From the NCBI RefSeq assembly GCF_003918875.1, contig NW_025767007.1:868001-932000 (forward strand): DNA of 64,000 nucleotides. Reading direction: 5' to 3'. The first letter of the stretch is position 1; the number at the start of each line of letters is the position of its first letter. Source of the stretch: Haliotis rubra (lineage: Eukaryota). This document shows positions 1 through 12,664 of the stretch, in pieces. The translations under genes and the position numbers were made by a program. The notes beneath the pieces were generated by a model. The model had not been told where the DNA came from. It made no database searches and worked only from the letters and a program-made list of their open reading frames with translations.

Positions 1-609
1 ACAGTTCATTGTTGTATGCTCTGAAAACACCAAGGTCAGGACTGGAGGGAAATACTGAAAGACATTCTTGGCTGTGTAAGGGCCCTGGGGTAGTCTAATG
101 GTTAAAGCGTTGAAGACCCCGGGTTCAATTCCCCACATGGGTAAAAATGATATTGCTGGATTATTGCTAAAAGGCGCGTAAAACCGCACTCAGTCAGACA
201 GTTTTGACTTATGTTTTCTGTTTTATGAACGATATGAGGTATACATTATTACGGACTATGTTGTTCTAACAAGGTGGATGGGTTTTGTTTGGAGGAGTGG
301 TAAATACTAAAGAAATAGTGATCTCTGGGTTTGCTTCTTTTGCTTTCTGCTCTTATATGTTATTAATCGGTGTTAGTCCCTAATGTTAAACAGTTAGTTC
401 ACTCGCGCATCTCTGTGAAGAAGAGGTTGTCGTAAATGGCGACATTCGGAATCAGTCTCGCCTAACTGATTGATGCATGCCATCGTATTCTCATTGAAGA
501 ATTGAATTAGAATTGGTTTCCAGCAATCCATGCTTGTCGTAAGAGACGACTAATGGGGATGAATTACATAACTTTCAGTTGATACCATTATTGCACTGTT
601 AGCAATTTG

Positions 610-830
610 AGACCCGTGAAGTTCCGGGTTAGAATAGGTCTTCAGCAACCCAGGCTTGTCGTAAGAGGCGACTAACGGGTAGTCATCCCATCCCAATTGC
701 ATAGGAAGGTGCTCATCATGTCAGTGACTGGATTGTCTCGTCCAGAGAGGATTATTTACAGACCGCCGTCATATAGCTGGAAAATTGCTGAGTGCGGCGT
801 TCACCATCAACCGACAAACAAACAAACAGA
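610..830 (+). mobile_element. SINE-like family B copy (contains gcttgtcgtaagaggcgactaa, recalled as a Nin/Deu-domain-like motif)
   Basis: Repeated in the window at 16400-16622(-), 21792-22010(+), 29885-30092(-), 36909-37020(+), 45353-45593(-) and 52905-53109(-). Confidence 0.8.
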
Positions 831-1126
831 ATGACCCAAACAAATCCCCCACCCGAACATCCTTACAACGTACATGAATGAAACTGAATTTTGATGCCCC
901 TACGCGGTGATATTGCTGGAACATTGCTGAATTGCGTAGGATCATGTTCACTTAGACAAGAACTGTACAATTCAAATATACAATATTGAGAAAGTGTCCA
1001 TGTAAAATCAAGGTGTATTTTTTTTATCAATAACTGTTCAATAATGCAAGATGAGGTAACATAATACCCCCAGAAAAACCCAAAGTAGTCTGACTTGTTC
1101 CATGTTGATATTATGTTAATTGACAG

Positions 1127-1847
1127 GCAAGATCCTGGCTGGACTTGAGTTACCGTTGATGGCGGAGACATGGTTGAGGCGCTCTACACAGCTCAACAAG
1201 GACAAGGACAACAAGGAGGCCGCCATCTTGTTCCAGACGATCCGCGTTGCCAGATTGTATGGCCCCCTAGCGGCCAAAACCAACGCCGATGTGATCTTCA
1301 ACCAATATGGCCGTGCTGTGAAGGCGAAGAAAGATATGAGAAATCACGATATCATTTTGACTGACAAACCAGTAATTCTAGCCCAGACTCTAGCAACCCA
1401 AGACGTCCCTGCGTGTTGCCAATGCGCAGTGTCCATGTTGAAACCGGAAGGGGTATTCACACCCGCAGATCTTAAAAATGAGGAACTGAAAAAAGCCATC
1501 GCCCATTATTGGCCGAAACGAAAAATTCACCCATGTCAGGGTTGTTCCCGAGAAATATATTGCAGTATAAAGTGTAGGGACGAGGCGTGGACTACCTATC
1601 ACAGGGTAGTGTGCCCTTCAGTAAACAAGACCATTAACAGGCTCTATGAAGTCTGTGACGATTACAAATCGCTGAAGGGTGGCGACGGTCAGTGCTGGAA
1701 GGGGTGGTGGAACGCGTCATTCTCTCCCTTTGTTCTTGTCAGGATGTGGGGAACTATAGCATGTGAAGCAAAGCGATTGGCTGAGAAGGCAGGAAGATCC
1801 ATCCCAATAAAGTCTGATTGGAGCATGGCCCAAGCTCCACTGCGGCG
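1127..1847 (+). CDS. SMYD5-like SET/MYND lysine methyltransferase, internal coding exon (N-SET half plus inserted MYND finger); upstream exon(s) not identified
   Basis: Acceptor ttgacAG|G (1125-1126); donor CG|GTGATT (1848). Translation has YGRAVKAKKDMRNHDIILTDKPVILAQ (N-SET-like) and CCQC...CQGC...YCSIKC...H...C (MYND). Phase-2 junction joins in frame to 4786. Confidence 0.85.
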
Positions 1848-2299
1848 GTGATTTAAGAATTTTATTTCCTCTCCACTTCTAACTTTAATTTCCTGGAGCA
1901 TGGTACTAACAGGTATATGTTTTCCTTTTTTGTTGCATTTATTATGTTTACCTTCTAAATATAAATGAAGATGATCAAAAGTATCATAGAAAACACTAGT
2001 AGCAGTGCATTCGAGAGCTAATTTATAAGGAAACTATTTTTAATAATGTGCTGGATATCCTAGCAAATCATTAGGCAACGTCACGCATCATAAGGAATAT
2101 TTTGTACTTTCGAAACGAAACTTACTTTAACATGGTAAATACTGTGACAAAAGGTTTTTGTTTTCTTCTCACTCTGCACCTACGACATCCCTCGTCCGCC
2201 TCTCGACCCCCCCCCCCCCCATTTTATTGTCCCTACTTTCATTTTAAACCATTCCTACAATACTCTCCTCCTAAATTAATGCAACACTCTTTATAAAGA

Positions 2300-3975
2300 T
2301 TCAGTCTGTTTCAGCAACACGGTGCAATAGCCTGTTACGGAAACATAGTACATCACTGTCGGTTACAGCAACATGGTGCGTTAGTCTGTGGTGCACCACT
2401 GTCTGCTACAGCAACATGGGGCATTAGTCTGTTACGGAAACATGGTGCACCACTGTCTGCTACAGCAACATGGGGCGTTAGTCTGTGGTGCACCACTGTC
2501 TGTTACATCAACATGGGACGTTAGTCTGTGGTGCACCACTGTCTGCTACAGCAACATGGGGCATTAGTCTGTTACGGAAACATAGTACATCACTGTCTGT
2601 TACAGCAACATGGTGCGTTAGTCTGTAGTGCACCACTGCCTGCTACAGCAACATGGGGCGTTAGTCTGTGGTGCACCACTGTCTGTTACAGCAACATGGT
2701 GCGTTAGTCTGTGGTGCACCACTGTCTGTTACAGCAACATGGTGCGTTAGTCTGTTACGGAAACATAGTACATCACTGTCTGTTACAGCAACATGGTGCG
2801 TTAGTCTGTGGTGCACCACTGTCTGCTACAGCAGCAACATGGGGCGTTAGTCTGTGGTGCACCACTGTCTGTTACAGCAACATGGTGCGTTAGTCTGTGG
2901 TGCACCACTGTCTGCTACAGCAACATGGGGCGTTAGTCTGTGGTGCACCACTGTCTGTTACAGCAACATGGTGCGTTAGTCTGTGGTGCACCACCACTGG
3001 CAACATGTCTGTTACTGTCAGTTAACATGGTGCGTTAGTCTGTGGTGCATCACTGTCTGTTACAGCAACATGGTGCGTTAGTCTGTGGTGCACCACTGTC
3101 TGTTACAGCAACATGGTGCGTTAGTCTGTGGTGCACCACTGTCTGTTACAGCAACATGTTGCGTTAGTCTGTGGTGCACCACTGTCTGTTACAGCAACAT
3201 GGTGCGTTAGTCTGTGGTGAACCACTGTCTGTTATAGAAACATGGTGCGTTAGTCTGTGGTGCACCACTGTCTGTTACAGCAACATGGTGCATTAGTCTG
3301 TGGTGCACCACTGTCTGTTACAGCAACATGTTGCGTTAGTCTGTGGTGCACCACTGTCTGTTACAGCAACATGGTGCGTTAGTCTGTGGTGCACCACTGT
3401 CTGTTACAGCAACATGGTGCGTTAGTCTGTGGTGCACCACTGTCTGTTCCAGCAACATGGTGCGTTCGTCTGTGGTGCACCACTGTCTGTTACAGCAACA
3501 TGGTGCATTAGTCTGTGGTGCACCACTGTCTGTTCCAGCAACATGGTGCGTTCGTCTGTGGTGCACCACTGTCTGTTACAGCAACATGGTGCGTTCGTCT
3601 GTGGTGCACCACTGTCTGTTACAGCAACATGGTGCATTGGTCTGTGGTGCACCACTGTCTGTTTCAGCAACATGGTGCGTTCGTCTGTGGTGCACCACTG
3701 TCTGTTACAGCAACATGGTGCATTGGTCTGTGGTGCATCACTGTCTGTTTCAGCAACATGGTGTGTTCGTCTGTGGTGCACCACTGTCTGTTACAGCAAC
3801 ATGTTGCGTTAGTCTGTGGTGCACCACTGTCTGTTACAGCAACATGGTGCGTTAGTCTGTGGTGCACCACTGTCTGTTACAGCAACATGGTGCATTAGTC
3901 TGTGGTGCACCACTGTCTGTTCCAGCAACATGGCGCACTACAGTCTGTTACAGCAACATGGTGCGTTAGTGTGTT
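2300..3975. repeat. 43-bp minisatellite (roughly 38 copies) in the SMYD intron
   Basis: Unit gttagtctgtggtgcaccactgtctgttacagcaacatggtgc in tandem; explains the spurious ORFs at 2668-4040. Confidence 0.95.
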
Positions 3976-4785
3976 TCAACAAACATGGCGCACCACCGAT
4001 AATCTTACACCTAGTGCATGTTTTTCAATCACTTCATTGACCAGAATAACTGTCAACCCGTAACGATATAATATATGTAGATCAAACCCCATGTACCGCG
4101 TTATAGAAGGAAGCCCCTGCACCCTTTGTATACCATTTGATAACCCCACTGTTCTCATACTGCCATCAGTATGAATAACTAACCAGTAGAGTGGCCTTAA
4201 TATATATACATTAACATACGTTTTACACCCACATTAAAATAGTTCTGAATATTGTTTTGAACGTTAACATGGAGTTTCATCCCTGGCATAGTGTGCCTTC
4301 TATAAAGTATGTGTTAATTGTTAATAGTCATATAATAGAACGTTATTATACTATCGTGATCGTGAATGTATTGAGATAAAATCCTCAAGGGTTTTCTATT
4401 AGCATGAACCGTTCAACGGAAATGATAACTTAGGTTTCTTGGGAATTAGATTTGTCTTTTCGTTGAATATGAATGTTACTGAAATGTTAACATAATCCAT
4501 GATAATGATAACTATTTCTTAATAATAATTTCAGAAGTTTGTCAAATGCAATAAACGTTATGTTTGGGATCTTAGTAAAGTGCAAATTCTAGTACTCCGT
4601 GGTTAAGTGGGTTAGAGCGCTGATTTTGTGTGCTGGCTATTTGGTGGCACACTCTCAGAGTCTGGGTTCGAATCCCATGTTAGTACTGAACACGAAAAGT
4701 ACTTCAAGTTCACCTGTTCTAAGAAAGTGTAATCCCAAATATAACATCTGGTACATTATTACTTTATGTGTGACACATATTTCAG

Positions 4786-5497
4786 ATTCATTGCCTATGG
4801 CTCTTCAAGTAACGCTGATGTCATCCCCAAAATGTTTCAACTCATGATAGAGATCTTCAAAGATCTTGGCGACGGACTGAAATACGAAATCACAAAGCGA
4901 GAGTTTGACGGGAGATATTTCCAAGCCACGTGCAACGTCCAAGCGTTTTCCGACTCCCGAAATCCACTACGAATTTTCATCGAGCGATTCAGAGACAATC
5001 CCAGATGGAAAGGCATCGCCAAATTCATACCAGCTGATCCCCCGGAAGGGGAGTTCGCCGGTATGTTTCCCCTTCACGCATGTATGAACCACTCGTGCGC
5101 AAACAGCGCGGAAGTGATGGACTATGTTGTTGATGGTAAACCTGGCGTAGGGGTACGCGTCCGCGGAGGGATAAAGAAGGGCGAAGAGGTGTGCATCACC
5201 TATATAAACACCACCATGCCCCGTAGACAACGCAGAGCCTGGCTGTACCGGTCCTACAACTTCTGGTGCAGGTGTATCAGATGTAACTTTGAGGGGGACG
5301 GGCCCATGGCGTGTACCCAGTGCGGTAAGTCGGCCGACGAGGGCAAGAAGTTCCCCCAGTGCTCCAAGTGCAAGAGGGCGTGGTACTGCTCAACGGCGTG
5401 TCAGAAGCAGGCTTGGAAGAAAGGACACAAGAAAATATGTAGTATGGGTCATTCTGACACTTGCTCGTCTTCAGATCAGTATGTCTTGAACATATAG
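4786..5497 (+). CDS. SMYD-like terminal coding exon: C-SET, post-SET and a second MYND zinc finger
   Basis: Acceptor tttcAG|A (4784-4785) completes CG+A Arg. Motifs MFPLHACMNHSC, GEEVCITYI, post-SET FWCRCIRC, then CTQC...CSKCKRAWYCSTACQKQAWKKGHKKIC; TAG at 5495-5497. Confidence 0.9.
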
Positions 5498-5501
5498 AGC
5501 T

Positions 5502-6375
5502 TTGTTGATGTTGCTGGTGATGTAACTAAGGTGGTGGTGGAGCTGTGATGTTGCTGGTGGTGTAGCTGTGATGTTGCTGGTGGTGTAGCTGTGATGTTGC
5601 TGGTGGTGTAGCTGTGATGTTGCTGGTGGTGTAACTGTGGTGGTGGTGTAGCTGTGATGTTGCTGGTGGTGTAGCTGTGATGTTGCTGGTGGTGTAGCTG
5701 TGATGTTGCTGGTGGTGTAGCTGTGGTGGTGGTGTAGCTGTGATGTTGGTGGTGGTGTATCTGTGGTGGTGGTGTGCTTGTGGTGTAGCTGGATGTTGCT
5801 GGAGGTGTAGCTGTGATGTTGCTTGTGGTGTTGCTGTGGTGGTGTAGCTATGATGTTGCTGGTGGTGTAGCTGTGATGTAGTGGTGGTGGTGGTGTAGCT
5901 GTGATGTTGCTGGTGGTGTAACTGTGGTGGTGGTGTAGCTGTGATGTTGCTGGTGGTGTAGCTGTGATGTTGCTGGAGGTGTAGCTGTGATGTTGCTTGT
6001 GGTGTAACTGTGGTGGTGGTGTAGCTGTGATGTTGCTGGTGGTGTAGCTGTGATGTTGCTGGTGGTGGTGGTGTAGCTGTGATGTTGCTGGTGGTGTAGC
6101 TGTGATGTTGCTGGAGGTGTAGCTGTGATGTTGCTGGTGGTGTAACTGTGGTGGTGGTGTAGCTGTGATGTTGCTGGTGGTGTAGCTGTGATGTTGCTGG
6201 TGGTGTAGCTGTGATGTTGCTGGTGGTGTAGCTGTGATGTTGCTGGAGGTGTAGCTGTGATGTTGCTGGTGGCGTAACTGTGTGTTGTGGTGGTGTAGCT
6301 GATGATGTGGTGCTGGTGGTGTAACTGTGCTGTGTGGTGGTGGAGCTGTGATGTTGCTGTGATGGTGGTGGAGCA
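5502..6375. repeat. 23-bp GT-rich minisatellite immediately after the SMYD stop codon
   Basis: Unit gctggtggtgtagctgtgatgtt with interspersed (GGT)n variants. Confidence 0.95.
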
Positions 6376-8885
6376 TGGCGATGATATTTTAGCGTCTTTG
6401 TGTTGAAGCACATGCATGCTACCTTTCATGCATGAGAAGATCACTAATAATTACGAAGGTTTCCTTGACAATCATTCCGAACCTACGCCATCACAGTGCT
6501 ATTCCTGCTCATCATTGTCACACGAGATTGTGGAACAATTTGGAAATTTGTGTCGAATCAGAAATACCGGCGCACACTTTGGCCATCTTAAATGTTTGAA
6601 CTTGGGCATATTTTTTAACTCTTTGTCTGTTTTCCTTCTTCTTTGTCTGTATTAAGATTGTGACAGCACTTCGAAAACACAAAGTATAGTTTCCAGAAAT
6701 GGTCAGGTGACAGACCCAAATGCATGACAGTCGGAAATTACGTTGAATCCCGTTTTGGGAGTGTAGAGGATATGTCTACCAAAATGCAAGGATCATTTGT
6801 TTCCGTACATTTAAGGCCATATAACAAATTAACAGCTAATAAATATAATTATTCGTGTTAAAAATCAAAGTATATTGGATGCATGACATAGCAATAGTAT
6901 GTTAATTATTATATATCATGTGTACTCTTAACTTTTAGTTGCTTCTGCTTGTGTTAATATGTGCCTGCTATTTACCTTGGAAAATGTTAAGCACAAATGA
7001 CGTTATATTTCCTTCGAGAAGAACGTTTATTAAAATCTTAACTTGAATTTTCTCTCGGAACAATAGTCTTTGTATAGGAAGTACCATGCTCAAATGGAAA
7101 TCGAACCAAAATCGTTTATCTGATGACTTGTTACATAACCGTAACGGTACAATATGAGTTATTCGACCACCATTTTAGGTTTTAGTAATGTCCCTCTTCT
7201 GTGAGTGTACCAAGTACTTGCGACCATCTACAGAAAGCAGGCATTGAACTTAACGTTTTCCCGGGTATATATGTAATCTATCAGTGATTGAATCTTGCAG
7301 TTCATATAGATTGCTAGATTCTTACATATTGCTCGGCATAGCCAGCCCAGATTCGATACAGTTGCGAGGGCAGCCATTGCCATATCAGGATCGGTAAAGG
7401 GTGATCTTAGGTCTGAAGTTTAGGTCTGTGTTTTAGAATGGGCTGCCCTAACTTCAGAATGTTATTTAGTAAACATGTTCTATGTATACTCACAGGAAAA
7501 AGAAACGATGCATATGCACTTATTGATCATTGGGAGCATAGTTCTAACCGAATGTCTTCTCTGAACTGGTGTTAAGGATAACAATGTTTTAGTGAACATA
7601 AGTCTATTAAAAAAAGTCATAAATGACCCTAAGTGCTCTTTCTTTTTAACATATAATGACTTAAAGTGGCAAAAGAATATTTGGTTATTTTATAAGGGAT
7701 ATCAAGCAGCTTCAATGGGACAGACAGTTTATTGCGTTGTCGGGTTAAGAGCTCAAGATACTAGTATCTAAGAAGTATTTCGACAGGTGTATTGGATTTG
7801 TATGCAGACGGTTGGTTAACAAGCTTTAACGCCATACAGTCTTTTTCAAGCTGATTATCAGCTACTGAAACATAACTGATGCATTTCCACAGGTATGGAT
7901 GAGAACGTCTTGTAATGTCACTAGTGTAGTGGTGTGTGGTTTTGGGCATAGGGCCCAGGTCACTAATAAGTAGAAGTTAAGCAAAGTTGTTCCCGGAGAG
8001 TCCTTGGATTGTAACCGTGTTTGGATCTCTCCTGTAAATTTCAAGGACATCAGTCCTGCTCCACAACGAAGCGCATGTTACCCATGTGGTCTCTCCACAA
8101 GTGTGTCAGTTCAAAAATTTCTGTTCACCCAGCAGTGAATGGGTACCAGGCAGTATGGGTTAACTGGGGTAATAATGTGCATCATGTTGTATGCGCTTAG
8201 AGCATGGCCGTGCGGCGTGGAGCTCAGCGCTATATAAGTGGTCTTATTACTCTCCGTTTCGATGTCTCGGACTTCTGCATAGAATGCTACTATATGTATA
8301 TGTGTCTGATTGTAACAATGTAAGCTGACTTAGAATTTGGCTTTTGTTGCCCGCTTTGTGTTGTTATATGATCGATATTTATGTCTGCCTAATATCATCA
8401 TTACCAAATCGGTTCTGTGTATATGTGTCATGCATGTAATGTATTGTTTTATGAGTGTAATGTGTACCATGGAGGATTTGCCCCGACTTTAACCTGTGAT
8501 AATTTAAAGCAGATTCCTAGTACAGGACGAGTTCATGTGATAATCACATGTTAAACATTCATTGCCAAGCAAGACTCCACGCTCCATGCTCAAGTCAGTT
8601 CCGCGGCTCGCATACTGAGCATATTAAAAATAAATGCATACAACACTAACGGAAATACCTGTCAGTAACCTACGGTCATAACGAGCTTAAAAGTAGAGCA
8701 GAGTTTAGTTCGTTACAACAGTAGTTAACGTTCGTTACAACAGTAGTTAGCGTTCGTTACAACAGTAGTTCAGTATAGGCATGTCAACTAAAATATATAT
8801 AAAGTATATAGGGCCGAAAACCCCCAGATCGTGACATCCGTCAGTACGTAATAAACGTTGTGTACTGTATTAATTCATGGTCGAG

Positions 8886-8940
8886 GTAGTAGTAGTAGTA
8901 GTAGTAGTAGTAGTAATAGTAGTAGTGGTGGTTGTAGTAG
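8886..8940. repeat. (GTA)n microsatellite
   Basis: Direct inspection. Confidence 0.9.
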
Positions 8941-9129
8941 TGTCACCAACTACAAGTAGTAGCTGTAGCAGAATTAGAGGTAGCTGTAGAAGTAGCAACA
9001 GCTGTAGTAGAAGCAATCGCTGTATTTTTAGTAACAGCTGTGATAGTTATTGCAGCTGTAGCTGTAGAATTAACGCTAAACAGTAACGCAGCAGTAGTTT
9101 TAGTGATTTCTTTGAGAAATTGGTAAGGA

Positions 9130-9297
9130 GTGAGAGTGAGTGAGTTTTGGTTTTACGCCGCTTTTAGCAATATTCCAGCAATATCACGGCAGGGGACACC
9201 AGAAATGGGCTTAACACATTGTACCCATGTGGGGAATCGAACCCGGGTCTTCGGCGTGACGAGCGAACGCCTTAACCACAAGACTACCCCACCGCCC
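9130..9297 (-). mobile_element. tRNA-derived SINE family A, full length with 13-bp TSD
   Basis: A/B-box-like head (GTGGTTAAGGCG...GGTTCGATTCC), (CACT)n tail, TSD aaattggtaagga at 9117-9129 and 9298-9310. Confidence 0.9.
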
Positions 9298-10060
9298 AAA
9301 TTGGTAAGGAAGGAAGGATAACAATATATGGATGAACAGTTTCTTCATTGCAATAAGAGCGACGTTTCGGTACAGGTTATAACACCGTTATCAAACAAGT
9401 GATACTCTCATTGTAATGAAGAAGTTGTTCATCCATATATTGTTATCCTTCCCAGTAGTTTTAGTGCTTCCTGTAGACAAAAGTAGAGGTGTAGTGTCTG
9501 TGGTAATTGAAAGTAGCAGTCACAATGGTGTGTAGAACTCCGGGCTCGCAGAGCCGTGATCGTCCCCCTCATATACCTCAGCGTGGTAGATACTACCTGT
9601 TTTAACTACCCATGTTGTTTTCATTCCAGAGTGACGACCCACCGCTCCCCGTGTGTTTCTCTAGTGTTATTTGACGTAATACCTACATCACCGTCGTTTG
9701 AAATTCCCCTTAATATCTTGCTTAAAAAAAGGAAAATATAGCCTTTTAGTTCTCCTAGAGTCTTTTATAAGTCTCTTTTTGGTGAAAATGTATGTATTGC
9801 GGCGAATAACTTCCTAACCAGAAGTGACCGAAAGGCAGCCATCCCTGGTGTGAACCAAGCACGTGTGATTTCCCCCCAACAGATGACCTTCACCTTGACC
9901 TACAACTGTGATACCAACCACCATTGCCACAGTTTTCCCCTCCCCGTTGAACAATAGAGATCTCTTAACCCTGCATGCGTCCTCACCATTACCAGTGAAG
10001 TTAGTGAGCTTGATATAAAGACGATTAGACGCTTATTATATTCTGAATTCCAAAGGTTGA

Positions 10061-10616
10061 ATTCGTTGGTTTCACATCACTTTTCAACTCGCTGTGCGCA
10101 TGCGCAGAGCGTGTGAACAATATCCACTGGCCAACTTCCGGTTTGGTCGTATGTTTACCGATGGTGTAAATACACTCCAAATAAGCTGTTATGAAAATTA
10201 TTTTCGTTGTGACAACTGTTCATAGCTGAGTACATACTTCCATTTGCCTCTGCTTTTCAATAATTGATGTCCCATTTTGGTTGCAATTCCATCAGAGATG
10301 TGGGTTTGTTTTAGTTGTGAGAAGGGGATGTGCGGGAAGGACGGTGGTGGTGAGATGTCTATATACAAGAGCTTGTTAGCTTGTTAACATAAATTAAGCT
10401 ATTTATATATAACTAATCCCGGCCATTGTTTCATAATTCAATTGGGATCAGTTGCATTTGACATAAAACTATATATTTGTTTTTATTTTGGTGTTCTTTA
10501 GAGTGTGTTTACACTCGGTAAAGCATACGACCAAACCGGAAGTTGACCAGTGGATATTTTAACACGTTCTGCGCATGCGCACAGCGAGTCGAAAAAGTAA
10601 TGTTAAACCAACGAAT
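10061..10616. mobile_element. MITE/fold-back element with >100-bp imperfect terminal inverted repeats
   Basis: attcgttggtt...gctgtgcgcatgcgcaga...aacttccggtttggtcgtatg is mirrored at ~10500-10616. Confidence 0.85.
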
Positions 10617-11567
10617 AGCGCATTAGTGTTTGTCACAATTTCCCCAATCGATGTTTTTCGTAAAATTCCCTTGTTAAAATAGACAGTATTTACATTCCTC
10701 TTTGAATGTTACGTAACATGTTTACCTCCCTTGACTGGCAAGCTGGTTTGTATAAATAGGGCCCGTAAGTAGGTCACGGCACTTCGCGAGACCTTAGTAC
10801 TTCCGGTGACAAACAACGTTTCATACCCTTTCGAATGGGCTCATGGTTGTCAGTTGATAGGAGCCAGGAACCAGCTTAGTACCGGAAGTAGCGCCTCGCG
10901 AAACTTACTGGCTCTAAATATAGATTTTACCTTTACCTTTCACGTCTGTGTTCTGTACTATACCTAAAAAAAAAAAAAAATTAAAATGGTGTTTAAAGCC
11001 TGCAAAACAAAATTTTAATTACTAATCTTCAAAATGTCATTTATCAACAGTCGTGACATTTTCGTGAATACATAGATCTTGATTTTAGTTTTAGTTTGAC
11101 TGGAGGGAAAATTTATTGAATATTTCCTAACATTCTCCATTAGGATTAGTAGTATACGCAGCTAAGGGTAATATTGTGGAGCGAATGACCAACTTTCTTT
11201 ACTAACCTCCTCACTATCTGTCTCACCTGTTTTGACATTATGAACCTCCCCTTTGTATTGAATATACAAAAAGTTGTTTTTATTTCAGCTTACATCTTGT
11301 ACGCACACATTATTTTAATTTATTTAGTCTACATCTGTTAAACCCATGTACATGTAGATGTGTGAATATTTGTTATCAACAGTGTTTATAGGTTATCTGA
11401 AAAGGTTTGTTAAATAAACGTTCAAAATAAAAATATGCTTTTGTGTGAAGTTTTCGTAACTTGACATCAGACGAATATAGTGATATCCGTTTTGCTACGT
11501 ATGTTTAGTCGGGGAAAAGGAATTATGCAAATTTGATCAATATTCCGGCCATATGACGGCTGTGAGA

Positions 11568-11733
11568 TGAGTGAGTAAGTTTGGTTTTACGCCGCTTTTA
11601 GCAATATTCCAGCAATATCACAGCGGGGGACACCAGAAATCAGCTTCACACCTTGTACCCGACCCGGGAATCAAACCCGGGTCTTCGGAGTGACGAGCGA
11701 ACCGTTTAACCATCAGGCTAGCCCACCGCCCCC
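11568..11733 (-). mobile_element. SINE family A copy
   Basis: Colinear with the 9130-9297 copy. Confidence 0.85.
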
Positions 11734-11777
11734 GGTGGGATGTGGCTTCATGCTTTGTATATAGGCAAGTGTTAATA

Positions 11778-12611
11778 CAAGAGTATCAGAAGATGACATA
11801 TCCCCCCCCGGCCCCAACATATTTGAAAGAACAAATCATCTGACAGTTACTTTAAGTCCAGCTTGACTTTTCTCAAACTAAGTCCAAATCGTTTCCATGG
11901 AAATCATGAGAAATATAAATGCCAAAAATCTGTAAAGAGCAAAAGGCACCATTCCAAAATTTCATAGGGTCTGTTGAAAGATACTGAACGCTTTTCGAGT
12001 TGTGCACCAGAAATGAAGCCCACCCCTCCTTTTTGGGACTAAGTCTGAATCGTTTCCATGAAAACAGAGAAAATAATAAATCACAAAAATCTGTAAATAG
12101 CAAAAGGCACCACTTTTGGGATCTGCCTCACATATCTGCCAAGTTTTGCTGATAAATATTAAGAAGTTTTCGAGTTGTGCTCCAGAAACGAAACCCACCC
12201 TTCCCTTTTGGGACTTAGTCTGAATCGTTTCCATGGAAACTGGGAAAAATAAAAATGCCAAAAATCTGCAAATAGCAAAAGGCACCACTTAAGGATCTGT
12301 TTGATATATCTACCAAGTTTTGTTGAAAAATATGGAACGGTTCTTGAGTTATGCTCCAGAAACGAAGCCCCCCGCCAAAGACCAAGTCCAAAACGTTTCC
12401 ATGGATACCGAGAAAAATTAAAATGACAAAAATCTGTAAATAGCAAAAGGCACCAGCTTAGGTTCTGTTTGTTATATCTACCAATTTTTGTTGAAAAATA
12501 TTGAACAGTTTTTGAGTTATGCTCTGGAAACAAAATGATTACAGATGGACGGACAGACAGACGAGGCGTCGACTATATTCCCCCGCATTACATGGCGGGG
12601 TTGGGGATAAA
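11778..12611 (+). mobile_element. HINE/pearl-like (Helentron-associated) non-autonomous element with ~177-bp internal tandem repeats
   Basis: Starts acaagag; about 4 internal units (ccatggaaa...aaatctgtaaatagcaaaaggcacca); GACG/GACA microsatellite; ends in tatattcccccgc...gcgggg hairpin and ggggataaaa. Confidence 0.75.
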
Positions 12612-12664
12612 AATCAATTGTCAAATATCCGGCTAAGCAATATCCCAAAAATATGTATAGTATG

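Noticed and set aside
2668-4040. Multiple Cys/His-rich ORFs; superficially CRISPR-like repeat
   Set aside because: These are translations of the 43-bp minisatellite. There are no unique spacers or cas genes and the context is eukaryotic.
4595-4680. tRNA-like sequence (also the heads of family A SINEs)
   Set aside because: A/B-box-like motifs are present but there is no complete cloverleaf; interpreted as SINE heads, not tRNA genes.
5471-6444. Long His/Thr/Pro-rich minus-strand ORFs
   Set aside because: Open in all three frames because the 23-bp repeat lacks stops; no independent coding signal.
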